Program-made: the position numbers and the translations under genes
Shown: one piece after another, positions 45,528 to 54,951 of the stretch
How positions within the stretch are numbered: the first letter of the stretch is position 1
How the letters are laid out: each line of letters opens with the position of its first letter
NCBI GenBank assembly: GCA_036276135.1
Contig: DATBEL010000002.1
Span: 1-58,702 of the forward strand
Direction of reading: 5' to 3'
Length of the DNA: 58,702 nucleotides
DNA from: Candidatus Dormiibacterota bacterium
Lineage (GTDB): Bacteria > Chloroflexota > Dormibacteria > Aeolococcales > Aeolococcaceae
Notes under the pieces: generated by a model
What the model saw: only the letters and a program-made list of their open reading frames with translations
Databases searched by the model: none
What the model was told of the DNA's origin: nothing

Positions 45528-47309
45528 TCAGTGGGTGCCACCAAAGGTTGGCGAGTGCTTGCGCTCCAACACCTTGCCGTCACCGAGGTACATGTGCACC
45601 CCGCACGGCAGGCAGGGATCGAAGCTGCGCACCGCGCGCATGATGTCGATGCCCTTGAAGTTGTCGGGGCCGTTCTCCTCGAAGATCGGGGTGTTCTGGA
45701 CGCTGTCTTCGTACGGGCCGGGCGTGCCGAACTTGTCGCGTGGACTGGCGTTCCAGGGAGTCGGCGGGTAGGGGTGGTAGTTGGCGATCTTGCCTTCCCT
45801 GATCACCACGTGGTGCGACAGCACCCCGCGAACCGCCTCGTGGAAGCCGCAACCGATGGCCTCGTCGGGCACCTCGAACGGCGTGAACGTGTCCGTCCGT
45901 CCGGCGTGAAGCTCCTCGAACGCCTTCTCGATGAAATGAAGCGCCGCAGCGGCGGAATATGCCTGGAAGTAGGTGCGGGCGCGGTCGCGCTCGATGGCGT
46001 TGCTCCACTTCGGCACATGCCATTCAAACTCGACCTCCGGCTTGCCCGAGGTCTTGGGAAGGTAGATCTTGGTGCTGTGGCCGGTCGCCTTGACGTAGCC
46101 GATGTCGACGAGGCCGGCCAGGGAGGTGGCCAGCAGGCGGGCGAACGCCCCGCCGCCGGTGTCCATGGCCAGGTGCTCGCCATTGTGGAGCCAGCGCGGG
46201 CACATCACCCAGCTGTACTTGTCGTCGAAGTCGCGCTTCTGCGGGCGCGGCAGGGTGGTCTGGTTCCACGGGTGGCGCTTGTCGACCGGGTTGCCCAGCG
46301 GATCCTTGCTGACGAAGGTCTCTGAATTCTCCCAGTCGTCGTAGTACGAATGGCCGAGCTGGATGCGGATGTTGAGGTTGATGTCGACCAGGTCGTTGGT
46401 GACCAGCTTGCCGTCGACGACGCACCCGGGGGTGACGAACATCGCCTTGCCCCACTCGCCCATGCGCCGGTAGGTGTAGTCGCACGCCGCCGGGTCGTTG
46501 AACGATCCCCAGCACACCGTGTCCATGCGCCGCCTGCCGACCTCCTCGTAGCCGGGCAGCGCCTCGTAGAAGAAGTCGAAGATGTCGTCGTGCAGCGGCA
46601 CGACCTTTTTCATGAACTCCACGTACCGCATCAGGCGCACGAGGTAATCGGTGAAGAGCTGCACGGTCGGCACCGTGCCGACACCGCCCGGGTACAGCGT
46701 CGAGGGATGGACGTGCCGCCCCTCCATCAGGCAGAACATCTCTCGCGTGTAGCGGCTGACGTGCAGCGTCTCGCGGTAGAACTCCCCGGTGAACGGGTTG
46801 AGCGCACGCATGATGTCGGCGATGGTCCTGAAGCCGTGGTCGCCGGCATGCGGGGCCGGGGTGTTCTCCGCCTTGGCGAGGACGCTCGGGTTGGTCTCCT
46901 TCACCATCTGCTCGCAGAAGTCGACCATCAGCAGGTTGTCCTGGAAGATGTTGTGGTCGAACATGTACTCGGCGGCCTCGCCGAGGTTGACGATCCACTC
47001 CGCAATCGCGGGTGGCTTGATGCCGAAGGCCATGTTCTGTGCGTAGGTCGCGCAGGTGGCGTGGTTGTCGCCGCAGATGCCGCAGATGCGGCTGGTGATG
47101 AAATGCGCGTCCCGCGGATCCTTGCCCTTCATGAAGATGCTGTAGCCGCGGAAGATCGACGAGGTGCTGCGGCAGTCGGCGACGACGCGGTTGGCGAAGT
47201 CGATCTTGGTGAAGATGCCGAGGCTGCCCACGATGCGGGTGATCGGGTCCCAGGAAACCTCCGTCAGCGTTCCCGCTTTCGGCGCCCTTTTCTCCATCAG
47301 TGTCGCCAT
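45528..47309 (-). CDS. hhyL: Group 1h [NiFe]-hydrogenase large subunit
   Basis: L1 TSRICGICGDNH and L2 SFDPCLPCGVH; SWDPITRIVGSLG N-terminus. Confidence 0.97.
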   Translation of the reverse strand: MATLMEKRAPKAGTLTEVSWDPITRIVGSLGIFTKIDFANRVVADCRSTSSIFRGYSIFMKGKDPRDAHFITSRICGICGDNHATCATYAQNMAFGIKPPAIAEWIVNLGEAAEYMFDHNIFQDNLLMVDFCEQMVKETNPSVLAKAENTPAPHAGDHGFRTIADIMRALNPFTGEFYRETLHVSRYTREMFCLMEGRHVHPSTLYPGGVGTVPTVQLFTDYLVRLMRYVEFMKKVVPLHDDIFDFFYEALPGYEEVGRRRMDTVCWGSFNDPAACDYTYRRMGEWGKAMFVTPGCVVDGKLVTNDLVDINLNIRIQLGHSYYDDWENSETFVSKDPLGNPVDKRHPWNQTTLPRPQKRDFDDKYSWVMCPRWLHNGEHLAMDTGGGAFARLLATSLAGLVDIGYVKATGHSTKIYLPKTSGKPEVEFEWHVPKWSNAIERDRARTYFQAYSAAAALHFIEKAFEELHAGRTDTFTPFEVPDEAIGCGFHEAVRGVLSHHVVIREGKIANYHPYPPTPWNASPRDKFGTPGPYEDSVQNTPIFEENGPDNFKGIDIMRAVRSFDPCLPCGVHMYLGDGKVLERKHSPTFGGTH

Positions 47310-47349
47310 GGAATCACTCTCCTTACCCGTTGCTGTCGTGAACTGCCGC

Positions 47350-48420
47350 TCAGTGCTGCCGCGGCGTATACCCGGTGGTGAGCTCAGGACGGTTGTGGCG
47401 CCACTTCGGCTCCTTGTTCACCGTCCTGTTGGTGATGCCGCGCAGCCCACGAATCGTCCTGCCATAGGCGCCGACGACTGTGCTCGAGAGCTTGCCCCCC
47501 GGTGGCTCGTCCATGAACGGCATGAACTTGTCCGGGAACCCCGGCATCGTGCAGCCGATGCAGATGCCCCCGACGTTCGGGCAGCCACCGATGCCGGCCA
47601 TCCAGCCGCGCTTGGGCACGTTGCAGTTGACGACCGGGCCCCAGCAACCGAGCTTGACCAGGCAGAGTGGCGAGCCGTAGACCTTGGCGAACTCGCCCTG
47701 CTCGTAATGGGAACCGCGGTCACAGCCGTCGTGGACGGTGGCGCCGAACAACCAGGTGGGGCGCAGCTGATCGTCGAGCGGGATCACCGGGGCCAGTCCG
47801 GCAACCTGGTAGAGGAGGTACAGCACCACCTCCATGAAGTTGTCGGGCTGCACCGGACAACCGGGGACGTTGATGATCGGCAGGCCGCCGGCCGACTTGA
47901 AGTCCCAGCCCAGGTAGTCGGCCAGGCCCATCGCTCCCGTTGGGTTGCCCTGCATCGCGTGGATGCCGCCGTAGGTCGCGCACGTCCCGGCGGCGATGAC
48001 CGCCACCGCCTTGGGGGCGAGCCGGTCGATCCACGCGTTGGTGGTGATCGGCTGACCGGTTGCCGGGTCGGTGCCGACCGCCGCCCAGTAGCCGCCATTG
48101 TTGGCGTTGAGCTTCTCGTTGGGGATGGAGCCCTCGACGACCAGCACGAACGGGTCGAGGTCACCACGCGCGGCCGCGAACCACGGTTTGAGGAAGTTGT
48201 CGCCGTTGTCGTAGGCGAGGACCGGGTTGTAGAGGTGGACGGTGGGCAGACCCGGGATGGCGCCGAGCAGCACGTCCTCGATGCTCGGCTGGGTGGCGGC
48301 GGTGATCGACACGGAGTCGCCGTCGCAGCCCAGTCCGGCGGTTATCCACACGATGTGGACATCCTTCACCGGTGGCGCCTTCTGCGTCTTCCGCCCGTAC
48401 GGCACTGCCTCGGTCACCAT
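47350..48420 (-). CDS. hhyS: Group 1h [NiFe]-hydrogenase small subunit (no Tat signal)
   Basis: GLGCDGDSVS (CxxD proximal); GTCATYGG; PGCP; HDGCDR; CLVKLGCWGP; GGCPNVGGICIGC. Confidence 0.97.
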   Translation of the reverse strand: MVTEAVPYGRKTQKAPPVKDVHIVWITAGLGCDGDSVSITAATQPSIEDVLLGAIPGLPTVHLYNPVLAYDNGDNFLKPWFAAARGDLDPFVLVVEGSIPNEKLNANNGGYWAAVGTDPATGQPITTNAWIDRLAPKAVAVIAAGTCATYGGIHAMQGNPTGAMGLADYLGWDFKSAGGLPIINVPGCPVQPDNFMEVVLYLLYQVAGLAPVIPLDDQLRPTWLFGATVHDGCDRGSHYEQGEFAKVYGSPLCLVKLGCWGPVVNCNVPKRGWMAGIGGCPNVGGICIGCTMPGFPDKFMPFMDEPPGGKLSSTVVGAYGRTIRGLRGITNRTVNKEPKWRHNRPELTTGYTPRQH

Positions 48421-48554
48421 CGACACACCTCCCGATCCGGCGCCGGCGAACGCGTTCCAACTGAGACGTCGGGACGCGCCAGACCGCGCACCGTAGGCAG
48501 GCGATTCCTGACAGTCAATATGTGCGCTGGGTACCTAGCCGGGCAGGGGAGAAT

Positions 48555-49184
48555 ATGGCCATGACATCTGACACGCTGTGGGAGCCCTGGGAGCTCAGGG
48601 TCGAGCACCTGATCGCCTGCAACTGCGATTGGGGATGCCCGTGCATCTATGAGTCGCGCCCGACACCCGGGTACTGCGAGGGGGTCGTCGCCTGGCGGGT
48701 GCGCGAGGGGTCGATCAACGCGGTCGATCTCAGTGGAGTCACCTGGGCCACCGTGATCAAGTGGCCGGGCGCCATCCATGAAGGTGGGGGGCGGGCCGTC
48801 GTGTTCATCGACGAGGATCTGTCGCCGCTGCAGCTACCTCTCGTCGAGGCACTTGCGAGCGGACGGGCAGGCGGTCCGCTGGCGGTCTTCATGGGCACCT
48901 GCGATGCCGGCATCGAGACACGCACCGGCAAGGTGGGCTGGAACTTCGACGGCAAGAACAGCTCGTTCAGCGTCGAGGGAGCCGTGACGCTCGACCTCGA
49001 GGCGATCCGCAACCCGGTCAGCGGCGACGAGCACTTTGTCAGCATCGATCTGCTCACGGGCCTGATGAACCAGCGCGAAGACGTCTACTCATCCGCGCAG
49101 CTGACGGCCAGCACCGACGGCATCGCCTTCGAGTACTCCGGCCGCCACGCCGCCACCTCGGTGGCGCGATGGACCGGCCCCTGA
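48555..49184 (+). CDS. DUF1326 family protein
   Basis: IACNCDWGCPC...P..G.CEG; WPGAIHEGGG; start 48555 or 48561. Confidence 0.85.
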   Translation: MAMTSDTLWEPWELRVEHLIACNCDWGCPCIYESRPTPGYCEGVVAWRVREGSINAVDLSGVTWATVIKWPGAIHEGGGRAVVFIDEDLSPLQLPLVEALASGRAGGPLAVFMGTCDAGIETRTGKVGWNFDGKNSSFSVEGAVTLDLEAIRNPVSGDEHFVSIDLLTGLMNQREDVYSSAQLTASTDGIAFEYSGRHAATSVARWTGP

Positions 49185-49345
49185 GATCAGCCCGCGGCGA
49201 GGCCGGGCGTGGCCATGGCCGGCCGGTTACAGCGTCATCTCGAGCGGCGCAGCCGTGTGCAGGTGCTCATTCGTAACCCTCGCCGTATTCAAATGCAGAC
49301 ACTCCACTCAGCGAAGTTGACTGACGTGAATTGGGAGGCCCCGAC

Positions 49346-49879
49346 ATGATCCCCATCCGTCTCGCGGGCAACCGAACCGGCCGCCTGCTGCTGGGCGCGA
49401 CCGCCGTGGCCGCCCTTGTGACCGCGTGCGGCGGCGCCTCGGGCTCCACCGCCTCTTCGGGCGGTGGCGGGGCCGCCGGCGGCCCGGCGACGATCAGCAT
49501 GACCCAGGCCAGTTCCGGCACGGTGCTGACCGGACCCAGCGGCAAGACCGTCTACATCCTTGTCGACTCGTCGGGAAAGCCCGTCGCGTGCACCAGCGGA
49601 TGTCTCGCAGTGTGGCCACCCGTCACCACCTCAGGCACACCGCAAGCCGGCTCTGGTGTGACCGCCTCGCTGTCGACCGCGGCCGCCTCGGACGGCTCGA
49701 CCCAGGCCGCTGCCAACGGTGACCCGCTCTACTACTACTCCGGCGATTCCAGCGCGGGCCAGGTCAACGGCCAGGGCGTGATGTCGTTCGGTGGAACCTG
49801 GTATGCCCTCCAGGCGAACGGCCAGAAGGTCAACGGCAGCTCCGGCGGTGGGTCTCCCACGAACCCCGGTGGCTACTGA
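49346..49879 (+). CDS. COG4315 secreted-repeat (Lipoprotein_15) lipoprotein
   Basis: Lipobox LVTAC; G.VLTGPSGKTVY; CTSGCL.VWPP; NGDPLYYY.GD...GQVNGQG...FGGTWY. Confidence 0.88.
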   Translation: MIPIRLAGNRTGRLLLGATAVAALVTACGGASGSTASSGGGGAAGGPATISMTQASSGTVLTGPSGKTVYILVDSSGKPVACTSGCLAVWPPVTTSGTPQAGSGVTASLSTAAASDGSTQAAANGDPLYYYSGDSSAGQVNGQGVMSFGGTWYALQANGQKVNGSSGGGSPTNPGGY

Positions 49880-49941
49880 TCGGGCCCCGGCTCTAGCCGT
49901 GACCTGAGGACCTCGCCGTCGCAGGCGACACACTGACCGGC

Positions 49942-50538
49942 GTGGACATCCAGGTTCTCATCCCCCTGAAGGCGCTGGCAACCAGCAAGCAACGACTCAG
50001 CCCCGCGGTGTCCGCGCCCTCGCGCCGGCGTTTGATGCTGCACATGCTGGGCTGCACCGCCGAGGCGGCGCGGGGCTCGGGCGTGGGACCCGTGGCGCTG
50101 GCGACGTCCGACCCGCAGGCGCATGAGCTGGCCGCCACCCTGGGCGTCGACGTCGTCTCTGACGGAGCCCTTGCCTGGAACGACGGGCTGCTCCACGCCC
50201 TGCGTTCCATCCAACCGCTTCCGGCCGCGGTGCTGTACCTGTCAGGCGATCTCCCGCTCGTCACCGCGGCAGACATCGTCGGCTTCGTTGGCGCGGCGCC
50301 GGCCCCCGGCGTCGCCATCGCCCGCGCGCGCGACGGTGGCACCAACGCGCTGCTGGTGCGCCCCGCCCTGGCGCTGGTGCCCATGTTCGGACAGCAGCCC
50401 AGCGCCACCGCTCACATGCACCAGGCCGCCGACCGCGGCATCGCGGCGCGGGTTCTCGACATTCCCGGGCTGGCGCTCGACGTCGACACCATCGACGACC
50501 TTCGCGCCGTACGGCTGGTGCGCGGGCGGCCTAGGTGA
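49942..50538 (+). CDS. cofC: 2-phospho-L-lactate/phosphoenolpyruvate guanylyltransferase (F420 biosynthesis)
   Basis: LIPLK.L..SKQRLS; GDLP; DGGTNAL; LDVDTIDDL. Confidence 0.9.
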   Translation: MDIQVLIPLKALATSKQRLSPAVSAPSRRRLMLHMLGCTAEAARGSGVGPVALATSDPQAHELAATLGVDVVSDGALAWNDGLLHALRSIQPLPAAVLYLSGDLPLVTAADIVGFVGAAPAPGVAIARARDGGTNALLVRPALALVPMFGQQPSATAHMHQAADRGIAARVLDIPGLALDVDTIDDLRAVRLVRGRPR

Positions 50539-51262
50539 AGAGGTCGCGCGACCTCTCCCGGATGAGCAGGCTCGCCGGCCCGTCGCCGGTCACGCCGTAG
50601 CCGCGGATCACTGCGGCAGGAACTCGCTCGAGCTTGCCGAGCACGAGGTCGGCGGCGGACGCGACCTCGTCGGCGACGGCGACGACTGTGGTCGACAGCT
50701 GGTACCCGTTGGGGTCGACCATGCCGGCGAGGTCGCGCAGCGGTTCAATGCCGCTCGACCCGATGGCGGTGCCGACGATGCCCTCACGCAGTGGTCGCCC
50801 CATGGTGTCGCCGATGATGACCGCGAGGCGCGCGCCGCTCAGCTCCTCCAGGCGACGGCGCAGCTCGCGCGCAGATGCATCTGGGTCGCGTGGCAGCAGC
50901 ACGACAGAGTCGGGTCGCGGAGCATTGGAGCGGTCGACGCCGGCGCTTGCACAGATGAACCCGTGGTGCGTCTCGGTGATGATCAGCGGGCCGCGATGAC
51001 GGACGACACGTCGACTCTCGCGCAGGATCACCTCGACGATGCGCGGGTCCGTGTCCGACCCGGCGAGCTCAACGGCCTGTGCGGAGGGCTGCACTTCGCC
51101 GAGGTCGACGACCTGGCCCTCGGCCTTGCTGACCGCCTTCTGCGTGACCACCACGACATCACGGTCGACCAGGGTCAGCGCTGTCGCGTGGATCATCCGG
51201 GCCAGGTCGTCACCGGGGAGGATCTCGGTCTCGACATGGATCGGGATGATCTCGATGGTCAC
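50531..51262 (-). CDS. cofE: Coenzyme F420-0:gamma-glutamyl ligase (stand-alone, no nitroreductase domain)
   Basis: GDDL; VVVVTQKAVSKAEG; THHGFICASAGVDRSN; LLP.DPDASA; IGDTMGRPLR.G; AVADE.ASAADL. Confidence 0.92.
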   Translation of the reverse strand: MTIEIIPIHVETEILPGDDLARMIHATALTLVDRDVVVVTQKAVSKAEGQVVDLGEVQPSAQAVELAGSDTDPRIVEVILRESRRVVRHRGPLIITETHHGFICASAGVDRSNAPRPDSVVLLPRDPDASARELRRRLEELSGARLAVIIGDTMGRPLREGIVGTAIGSSGIEPLRDLAGMVDPNGYQLSTTVVAVADEVASAADLVLGKLERVPAAVIRGYGVTGDGPASLLIRERSRDLFT

Positions 51263-51288
51263 GACAGCACTCTCGTCGGGCAGCGCGG

Positions 51289-52359
51289 CTAGCCGGCCGA
51301 CTGGTCGAGCGCCGCGGGGCCTGCTCGCCATGGCAGAGCAGGTCGTTCTTCAACGACCACGCGCTCCTTGCTGGCATTGAGAGCCACGATGACGGCGATG
51401 AACAGGGCGGTGCCGAGCACCTGCAGCGGGAACACCTGCTGGCGGAAACCGTATGGCGCCGGCAGGGCCAGCAGGAGGGTCACGGTCAGCGGTTGCGCGG
51501 TCTCCGCGAGCGTCGCCAGTGAAGCGGGCGTGCTGCGCAACGCGCGGTAGTAGAGAAGGATGGCGCCGATGCCGGGAAGCACGGCAAGCCCGACAAGGTT
51601 CGGAACGTCGGACGCTCGGTAGGCGCCGAACGCCTCGGTCCCGTTGGTCACCAGCAGGATGATCAGCAGCACGGGGAGCGCCACGGTGAAGCGCACTGCC
51701 GCGGTGGTCACGAACGAGACATCGCGCAGCGCGTACCGTCCGAGGACCGTCCCGCTGGCCCAGAGCAGCGCGGCGCCGAGAGCGCAGACGGCGGCGACGA
51801 GCCGGCCACGCTGCAGGTCCGAAAAGGGCTGCAGGGGGGCGGCGGCGAAAACCACCAGGTACACGGCTGCGATGCCCAACGCTGCCAGCGGCCAGAAGTA
51901 GGCTCGGCGTCTCTCCTTGAGCACCAGCCAGGCCAGCGCCACGGCGATCAGCGGCTGCACCTGCTGCAGCAGGTAGGTCTCGCTCACCGCCCCCGACTGC
52001 AGCGCGATGGTGATCGACTGTGTGAACAGCACGGTGGCCACCGCCTGAGGCCCCACGCCGATCACCAGCAGCGCGAGGGTGGTCGGCAGCGAACGGCCGC
52101 GCAGGTCTCGCCAGATGCGCTGCGAAAACGGTACAAACGCGAGGGTGATCAGAAGGTCCTCGGCAAAGACGATCTCGCTGCTGCTCAGCCCGCGGCGCAC
52201 CAGCCCGGTGCGGAAGAACACGTCGGACGCCCACAGCATCGCTCCCATGGCGACCAGCAGCAGCGACACGCGATCGAGCCACGCTCGACCGGTCACTCCC
52301 GTGCGAGCGCGCGTCGCCTCGTCAGGATCGCGCGTCGCGGTCTTGGAGCTCACCGCCAA
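51289..52359 (-). CDS. EamA/DMT family transporter
   Basis: ~10 TM; GAMLWAS; LLQQVQPL..LA..VLKER; LWASGTVLGR; start TTG 52359 or GTG 52353. Confidence 0.9.
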   Translation of the reverse strand: MAVSSKTATRDPDEATRARTGVTGRAWLDRVSLLLVAMGAMLWASDVFFRTGLVRRGLSSSEIVFAEDLLITLAFVPFSQRIWRDLRGRSLPTTLALLVIGVGPQAVATVLFTQSITIALQSGAVSETYLLQQVQPLIAVALAWLVLKERRRAYFWPLAALGIAAVYLVVFAAAPLQPFSDLQRGRLVAAVCALGAALLWASGTVLGRYALRDVSFVTTAAVRFTVALPVLLIILLVTNGTEAFGAYRASDVPNLVGLAVLPGIGAILLYYRALRSTPASLATLAETAQPLTVTLLLALPAPYGFRQQVFPLQVLGTALFIAVIVALNASKERVVVEERPALPWRAGPAALDQSAG

Positions 52360-52403
52360 GCAGCCTAGCCGGTGGGCCGGTCCGATCGACCGTCAGCTCA
52401 GCT

Positions 52404-52516
52404 CACCGGGTTGTGCTGGGCGTGGGCAGCGGCGAAGCCCTCAACGAGGTGGCGCTGGGGAGATCCTGCCCCGCCTGCGCGGCATGGGCGGCACGCCGGA
52501 GACACCGCCGGGCTGA
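52404..52516 (+). pseudogene. Collapsed remnant of an F420-dependent G6P-dehydrogenase (Fgd)-like LLM oxidoreductase gene
   Basis: 52404-52460 encodes HRVVLGVGSGEALNEVALG (cf. Fgd RVFLGVGTGEALNE); 52460-52516, in a different frame, encodes EILPRLRGMGG...stop, resembling the LLM/Fgd C-terminus. Confidence 0.7.
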
Positions 52517-52518
52517 AG

Positions 52519-54861
52519 TCAGGCGGCGCAGAGGACCTCGGTGGCGTAGTAGTGCATCTCGCGTGCCATGGCGCGGACGATCGGGCTCTCGCGCCCGGGG
52601 ATGTCCATGGCGCGGATGGCGGCGATGGCTGCGACGAAGTCGTCCACGCCCGGCCGTGCGGCGGCGATGGCCGCGGCCACAGGGGCCACGTCGTCAGCAC
52701 CCAGCCACTTCACCGCGATCTGGTTGAGCCCGTCGCGCAATCCGTCGATGTCGATGTCCAGCCGCGGCGCCACAAAGTCGGGTTGGGCCTCCGTCGCATC
52801 GGCAACGGTGTCAGCCTCGGCAGGCTCGGCGACCTCGTCGGCCGGCGGCGTCGGGATGTTGAACCACACCGGGTCAGACCGCGGCGTCGAGTCAACCGAT
52901 GCGGATTCGTCCGGCTCCGCTGTCGCGACGGACAGCTCGGGTTCGGCGGCTGCGATCGGCTCGAGGGCGGGCGCGTCAACCTCGTCCATAACAGTCGTGC
53001 CGGCGTTCACCTCGCCATCCGCAATGGCTGGCGCCTCGCTCGGTGCGGCGTCCTCGGGCTTGGGCGCGGCGATGCGCATCCACTCTGGCTGGGACTGCAT
53101 CTCCGAGAAGATCGCGGCGACTTCGTCTGAGTTCTCGGTCGCCGTGACGTCTGCTCCCGCAGCTTCAACCACTCTGTCAGCTGCCTCTGGTGCCGCGCTG
53201 AGCACGCGCTCAGCGGCAGCCTCAGTCGCGCCGCTGATGGCGGTGTCCTGCTCGCCCGCCACCGTTGGTGCGGTGTCAACCACGACATCGACGGGGGCAT
53301 CGGCGATTCTCGCCGCATTCCAGATGCTGTTGATCGCTCGCTGTTCGAGGCCGAGCAACACCAGCCTGCCGATGACCGGGATGACCATGAGACGAGCGCT
53401 GCCCAGAGGCGCGCGCCCACGAGCGCTGATGCCAACATGGTGCTGGACCAGGCGGATGCGACAGAGATTCGCCGTCGCCGCCGCCAGGTTGAACGGCAGG
53501 ATGACGATCAGGTAGAGACATGCGAGTCCGCCGATCAGGTAGTACGCCTCCGTGCTGGTCAGCTGCCGCCCCAAGGGCAGCTGGATGGACTGCCGGGTGG
53601 AGGCGAAGAGCACGGCGCCGGCCACTGTGATCAGCAACGCCAGCAGCCATGCCAACACGCTCGACGTGATGCTCCGCGCCTTGCGCGCGGGGAGATCGGG
53701 ATCGAACGCTTCGAGCTCGAGATTGCCGCGCCTCTGCCAGCTCAATGCGTACACGCCGAGAGTGGCCAGCACGCGAACAGCCACCTGCAGCGGTGAACGA
53801 ACAGCGCCGACCGGACCGAAGGTCGAATCCACGCGCGGATGCGCGGGCAGCGGCGTGACGGCTGGGCGCGACGACCACCACGCCGAGGTCTCCGCCCGAG
53901 CGCGGCTCTCGGGGCGTGGTGCGGGCGGGTCGACCGCGCCGGCGGTGGTGCCGTTCTCGCCATCGGGAGCACCGACGTACGCAGAGTCCAGGTCGAACGT
54001 CGGGGTGGCCTCCGCCTCCGTGGTCTCTCCCCCACCCTCGGGCTGGTCGGCGGGAGTGGTCGACTCCACGTCCGGCGCCGCGGCAGGCCCCTCCCCCGCG
54101 GCAGGCGCCTCCGCCTCGCCGTCAGTGACGACGAGCGTTGCCGGATCGCCGAGCAGGGTGCGCAGGACAGCGGACATGCGCGCATCGTCGATGCGATACG
54201 CGGTCAGCTTGCCTTCCCGCGAGTCCATCAGCGCGCGCGCCGCGGTCTCCCCGAGCAGACCGTGCCCCCCGCTCATCCAGACCGCGTCGGTGATCGCTCC
54301 CGCCGCCACCACCGCTGCCGCCTGCGGCTCGGGAAGGTTCAGCACCAGCAGGCAGTCGGGCAGCAACGGCACCATGGCCTCGAGGTCGGCGACGTTGGCC
54401 ATCGCGTCCGACCACAGCACCGGGCCGAGTGGCAGCAGGGGAAAGTGGGCCACGCTGAACGGCGGGCGGGGTGCCCCCGGGTCGGTGGCGGGCTCCGGCA
54501 ACCCCAGCTCGGGAGCATCGCCCGAGTGAGCGGAGCCGTTGGCGTGAGCCGGCTCACGGGGGTCGAGCAGCGCAGTGAGCTCCTCAGCGGTGAGATCGAG
54601 GGTCTCCTCGGTGACCTTGGCGCGTCGCCACGTGGCAACCTCGATGTCGGCCGGGAGCTCGGCCACCAGTGCGGTCAGCGCATCCTCACCGGCCAGGGTG
54701 CGGCCGTCGGCCGTCGTGAAGACCACGTGGCGGGGGTGGCCGAACTTGAAGAAAAGGCTGGCCCGGGCGGCGTCCCACGCGATGTCGAGGGCTCCAGTGC
54801 TCTCGCGGTCGCCGGCAGCCGAGATGGCGCGCAACATCACGGCGTGCGAGGGAGATGCCAT
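52519..54861 (-). CDS. Large multidomain hypothetical membrane protein (two PATAN/DUF4388-like modules, DUF4234-like TM module, helical C-terminal domain)
   Basis: STGALDIAW..ARASLFFKFGHP; G..A.RALM..REGKLTAY; RSPLQV..VLATLGVYALSW..R.N.EL; acidic Pro/Ala linkers. Confidence 0.7.
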   Translation of the reverse strand: MASPSHAVMLRAISAAGDRESTGALDIAWDAARASLFFKFGHPRHVVFTTADGRTLAGEDALTALVAELPADIEVATWRRAKVTEETLDLTAEELTALLDPREPAHANGSAHSGDAPELGLPEPATDPGAPRPPFSVAHFPLLPLGPVLWSDAMANVADLEAMVPLLPDCLLVLNLPEPQAAAVVAAGAITDAVWMSGGHGLLGETAARALMDSREGKLTAYRIDDARMSAVLRTLLGDPATLVVTDGEAEAPAAGEGPAAAPDVESTTPADQPEGGGETTEAEATPTFDLDSAYVGAPDGENGTTAGAVDPPAPRPESRARAETSAWWSSRPAVTPLPAHPRVDSTFGPVGAVRSPLQVAVRVLATLGVYALSWQRRGNLELEAFDPDLPARKARSITSSVLAWLLALLITVAGAVLFASTRQSIQLPLGRQLTSTEAYYLIGGLACLYLIVILPFNLAAATANLCRIRLVQHHVGISARGRAPLGSARLMVIPVIGRLVLLGLEQRAINSIWNAARIADAPVDVVVDTAPTVAGEQDTAISGATEAAAERVLSAAPEAADRVVEAAGADVTATENSDEVAAIFSEMQSQPEWMRIAAPKPEDAAPSEAPAIADGEVNAGTTVMDEVDAPALEPIAAAEPELSVATAEPDESASVDSTPRSDPVWFNIPTPPADEVAEPAEADTVADATEAQPDFVAPRLDIDIDGLRDGLNQIAVKWLGADDVAPVAAAIAAARPGVDDFVAAIAAIRAMDIPGRESPIVRAMAREMHYYATEVLCAA

Positions 54862-54951
54862 GTGCTCGATCCTAACTTGGCATCAGCGAGCGTCATCACG
54901 CCAGCGTCACCGCGAGGTGGCGTGCCGACGACGGTTTGACACAGTTCCCCG

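Noticed and set aside
45528-48420. F420-reducing (group 3a) hydrogenase because cofC/cofE are nearby
   Set aside because: L1/L2 motifs and gene order match group 1h; no FrhB-like subunit
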